Assembly: GCF_026571515.1 (NCBI RefSeq)
Contig: NW_026861419.1
Coordinates: 124,001-188,000 of the forward strand
Direction: 5' to 3'
Length of the DNA stretch: 64,000 nucleotides
From: Ruditapes philippinarum
Lineage: Eukaryota
The first letter of the stretch is position 1; each line of letters begins with the position of its first letter. The translations under genes were made by a program, and so were the position numbers. This document shows, piece by piece, positions 60,050 to 64,000 of the stretch. The notes under the pieces were generated by a model, which searched no databases, had not been told where the DNA came from, and worked only from the letters and a program-made list of their open reading frames with translations.

Positions 60050-62690
60050 CAAGTGACAAAAGGGATAGGAATCAATTTTGACCCAAGGAGCTTCATTTAT
60101 AGATTTTTTTTCAGAAGACCACAAGGTGATGCTACATACTAAATAGCTAAGCTTTGGGCGTAACTGCCTATGTGATAACGTTTTTAAGACGATTTTATCT
60201 ACAGCCTTTATTAACTAAAGGACCCCTGAATCCAGGGTGGTTTTTCCCCAGGGACATGATTTATTTATCTTTTGAAGAGGTTTACTAAGCAATGCTACCT
60301 CAGTACCCCTGAAATTGTTTTTTTATGAGAGGAAAATTTCCCGCCTGAGACAGGGCCAATTTTTACCCTAGGGGCATGATTTATATAACTTTTGTTATAA
60401 GGCTATGATACATGGATAACATGCTTTGGGCATTTTTGTACTTTCAGAGAAAATTTTAAGACATTTTATTTTTCAAGTCCAAGCAAACTAAGTGACTCCT
60501 AGAGCTGCCCCAAGGCTAGGCTAGATTAGGCTACATGACAAATTTCTTAGCTCTCGGCCTTAAGTTTCACAAAAGAAGACATGTATTTTCCTATACAAGC
60601 CTTTACTAAAGAAGTGAGCCACGGGCGGACCATTTTGAACTAGAGTCATGATTTATATAACGTATGAAAACAGGACTATGAACAAGGTGATGTTGCGTGC
60701 CAAACGTGAACATTGTACTTTCAGAGAAGCAGACATTTTTTATACATGTATATAAGTATATAAATGAAGATAAAGTGATTCACATGGCGGAGCTATTTTT
60801 TAACCCATATGCATGACCACGGATCTTAATTGTAATATAAACCCGTGGCATGAGGTATAAAAGTTATGTAATGTTAACTTAAGACAAGGAACATGTCAAA
60901 TATCTATGTGTCTAAGCAATGAAGATTCAGAAAATAAAATAAATCTATTTTCCAGTATAAATCTATGTAAAGGAAGTGGCTCCGGAATCTACTTTTGCAT
61001 CATACTGGAACCATTTATATAACTTTTCACCTTATGATCATTGTAAAGGTTGGTCAAAATCCACCTAATGGTTACCAAAAATATATTGTTTAAAGAAATA
61101 GTAGATATTGACGAACCACAATCGACTGATGATGAACAAACTGGCATCAAAATAGCTCACCTCAGAGCACTTTGTGCTCAGGTGATCTTAAATAAGACGT
61201 TTTCCTTGCATTTTCCTACATAGGTCTATATAAACTAAGTTATCCCAAGTGCTGGGTCGTTTTAACAATAGGGGAGATTTATACAACTATAGTAGAGGTT
61301 CACTAGGCAGTGTATTGTGCCTTATATAGACATATGGACATAGAAGTTTCACAAAAGGAAACTTAAATGCAATTACGTATACAATTATATATAAACTAAG
61401 TGACTAAGGATTAAGCTAATTTTGACACTAGGACATGAGCTTGAACTTATCTTAGCTCAGGACTTTGTACTTTCAGAGAAGAAGATTTGCATATGTTTAC
61501 TATATCATTCAAAGTTCATTCATAACCCTACCCATCACCGTAACTATTTGAAAATAAAGTTGTCTGAAGCAAAGGTGCTAGTCGCATTGATTTCACCAAA
61601 AATAATGCTTAATCTCGCTATTTATGTAATATTTTATAAAAAGAGTGTTACAAGAATATAATAAAAACATTAACTAATACTTTCATGTCTTTCATATTCT
61701 CAGTGAGCCTAATTATTTCTAAAAGCATCCCTCAATGAATGACAGAGTATGACCAGATACAACCATCCATGTATTGTTTTGACGTTCAAGTATTGCCTTC
61801 ACCTTTTAAACTGCTGACCTGGCATTTGCATGTGACAAGTTCTCGTAATGTGCCACAGAAGTATGCCTAGTTACATTACTTCAAAATACATCCATGGATG
61901 ACATAATTGATGACTGGATATAACTATCACTGAAACTAAAAACCTTAGAAGTCCAAGTGTGACCTTGATCTTTAAGCTACAGAACCATATGTTTAAGCCA
62001 AGTTATTACAGAATCTGTCACTGAATAACATGGACTCAGGACATGACTATCAATGCATTATCATATCATGACTTTTGGCATGTATATATTTGACCTTTTG
62101 TTCACTACATATCATCTTAATAAGCAGCATATTTAAGCATATTAAAAGTATATCCGTGAATGACAAAGCTATGCATAAAAGAAGAGAATCTATTCTCAAA
62201 CTATTTGTTTGACCTACAAATGTAACCTTGACCTTTGAACTGGAGACTTGATCCCTATGCACGACACAATATCATGTCTTACACATTTATGCCAAATTAT
62301 ATAAAATCCATCCAGCTAAGGAACCAAATCTTTCGCGCGACACAGAGACATAATGTGCAACACATTTATGCAAAATATTTTTTTTAAATTTCATCCATCA
62401 ATAACAGAATTGTTAATCGGACACGAACATCAGTGCAATTTTATTAAATATTTCCTTTCAATTCAGTGTAACCTCGAACTTCAGACCTAAACCTTGCATA
62501 TGACATATTGTTGCATTGTGCTATAAAATCATTTTTAAATCCATCCATAAACAGCACAGTTATGGACCAAACAAACTTTTTATGGTTTGGGCAGATGTTC
62601 GGAAAGACAGAAGCTACAAAAACTTAATGCCCATAAAAATATCTTAACTAGAAATATGTCCATAGGATACTTGTGCCCGACTTAATTGCC
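60050..62690 (-). repeat. Cluster of old, decayed tandem-core (HINE-type) elements
   Basis: Recurrent TTTGACCC..GGCATGATTT and GACCTTGACCTTT units; AGCTCACCT..AGGTGA terminus at 61155-61190. Confidence 0.65.
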
Positions 62691-62725
62691 ATTCAGTATT
62701 GTATATACATACTGAAACTATTTTA

Positions 62726-63227
62726 ACAAGAGGGCCATGATGGCCTCCAGCCTAAGTCGCTCACCAGAAACAACTGCTTTTCTGTAAAAGATAAAAGACT
62801 ACCTAAGAATGCTACAGACAAAGTTTGGTGATCATCCATCAATTAGTTCTGTAGAAGATGCCTATAGGTTTTTGTATTTTTAGCTCTAGAGACCCCTTTA
62901 AAGGGCCAATCAAATTAAAATGAGCAAATTTGATACAAGACTACCTAAGAATGCTACAGACATATTTTGGTGATCATTCATCATTTAATTTAGTAGTAAA
63001 AGATGTTTAAAAGTTGTTTGTTCTTTAGCTCTGTTGACCCCTAAAAGGGGCCAATTGAAATGGAATGAGCAAATTTAAGTGTGACTGTCACAAGGAAGCT
63101 ACAGACCAAATTTGAGGTAACTCTGCCCTTCAGTTTCAGAGAAGATGAATGTTGACGACAGACAACGGAGCATCCCCCTTTGATACTATTAGCTCACCCT
63201 GAACCTTCGGTTCTGGTGAGATAATAA
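62726..63227 (-). mobile_element. Complete short pearl/HINE-type element, about 141-bp units
   Basis: AACAAGAGGGCCATGATGGCC end, ACTACCTAAGAATGCTACAGACA at 62798 and 62940, AGCTCACC..GGTGAG head. Confidence 0.85.
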
Positions 63228-63299
63228 AGGTTAAGTGTTATATTGATATATATGATACCATGTAATACAAATGTAGCAATATACATGTAACTCATAGGT

Positions 63300-63415
63300 T
63301 CCACTCATGTTCCTGGAATAATTCATATAGAAGCACTAGAAGTCTTCCTTCACCTGTAAAAAAAGAATGTTGTCATATGACCTTTACAATGTTGGTGCTA
63401 ATTATACCAAACCAT
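63300..63415 (+). mobile_element. V-SINE 3' fragment
   Basis: GTCTTCCTTCACC..CATATGACCTTTACAATGTTGGTG. Confidence 0.55.
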
Positions 63416-64000
63416 GCTAATGTTATCATTTTTAATTTGCCTTCCCACCAATCAGCAGCAATCATTTAAAAGCTTTAATAACTTTTTTCACTTTATTTAA
63501 ACAACTCATTTACAGATGAAATGCATGTAGTACTGAGAATAATTTATATTTTAAAGGAACTCTACTGAGATTTAAAGCCTGAAAATATGAATTTCTTTTA
63601 TAGATCAGTTTGGGCACTTAAAACATAAAGATATACAAAGATAATTGAGAAATACACATGTATACTCAGAAATAGCTTGATAATCTTATTTTCTGCACCA
63701 GTCTTGAGTGAAAAGCATTGCCATGCATTTCTATTTTCGGTCATTGTTCACAATTAGAATGATTATTTTGGAAAAACGGAGTAAGCAAATTATCTGAAAT
63801 TTTGCACATAAGTTATTGTTATAGAACTTCATCAAATGGAAAATAAATCTTGAAATATTATTTTCCAGTACTGTCATGTCAAAAAACGTCAGTGGAGTTC
63901 CTTAATGAAAAAAAAAGATTTTTCATATTTCTAAAATGAAAATGCTCAAAAACAAGTAATAAAACAGTTTCACTAAATCGATCAATAATTTTCTCCAACA

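Overview
AT-rich eukaryotic DNA; the SINEs and tandem-core elements are of the types seen in bivalve molluscs (organism is inferred). The main feature is one + strand spliced gene model that I reconstructed by hand from GT/AG sites and intron phases: 15 coding exons, 3238..47960, 714 aa. Exons 1-2 encode a CXorf38/DUF4559-like HEPN-type domain with an intact R-x4-H motif (RNQLMH). Exons 3-5 encode a helical/coiled-coil linker. After a 17.8-kb transposon-filled intron, exons 6-15 encode a complete four-repeat annexin core (annexin A7-like) in which all four type II Ca2+ sites have degenerated. The join between the two modules is phase-compatible but inferred, not proven. The long intron holds a decayed Gypsy element with a PHD finger after its integrase, a TatD-nuclease-like extra ORF and an inverted pol segment, abutting a BEL/Pao gag-protease fragment. 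The rest is transposon-derived: tandem-core non-autonomous elements (pearl/HINE type), V-, Meta- and CORE-type SINEs, L1/Tx1, L2/CR1 and RTE-X LINE fragments, a Penelope element, a Tc1 derivative, Sola-like TIR elements and several palindromes. Most short ORFs in the supplied track are spurious.
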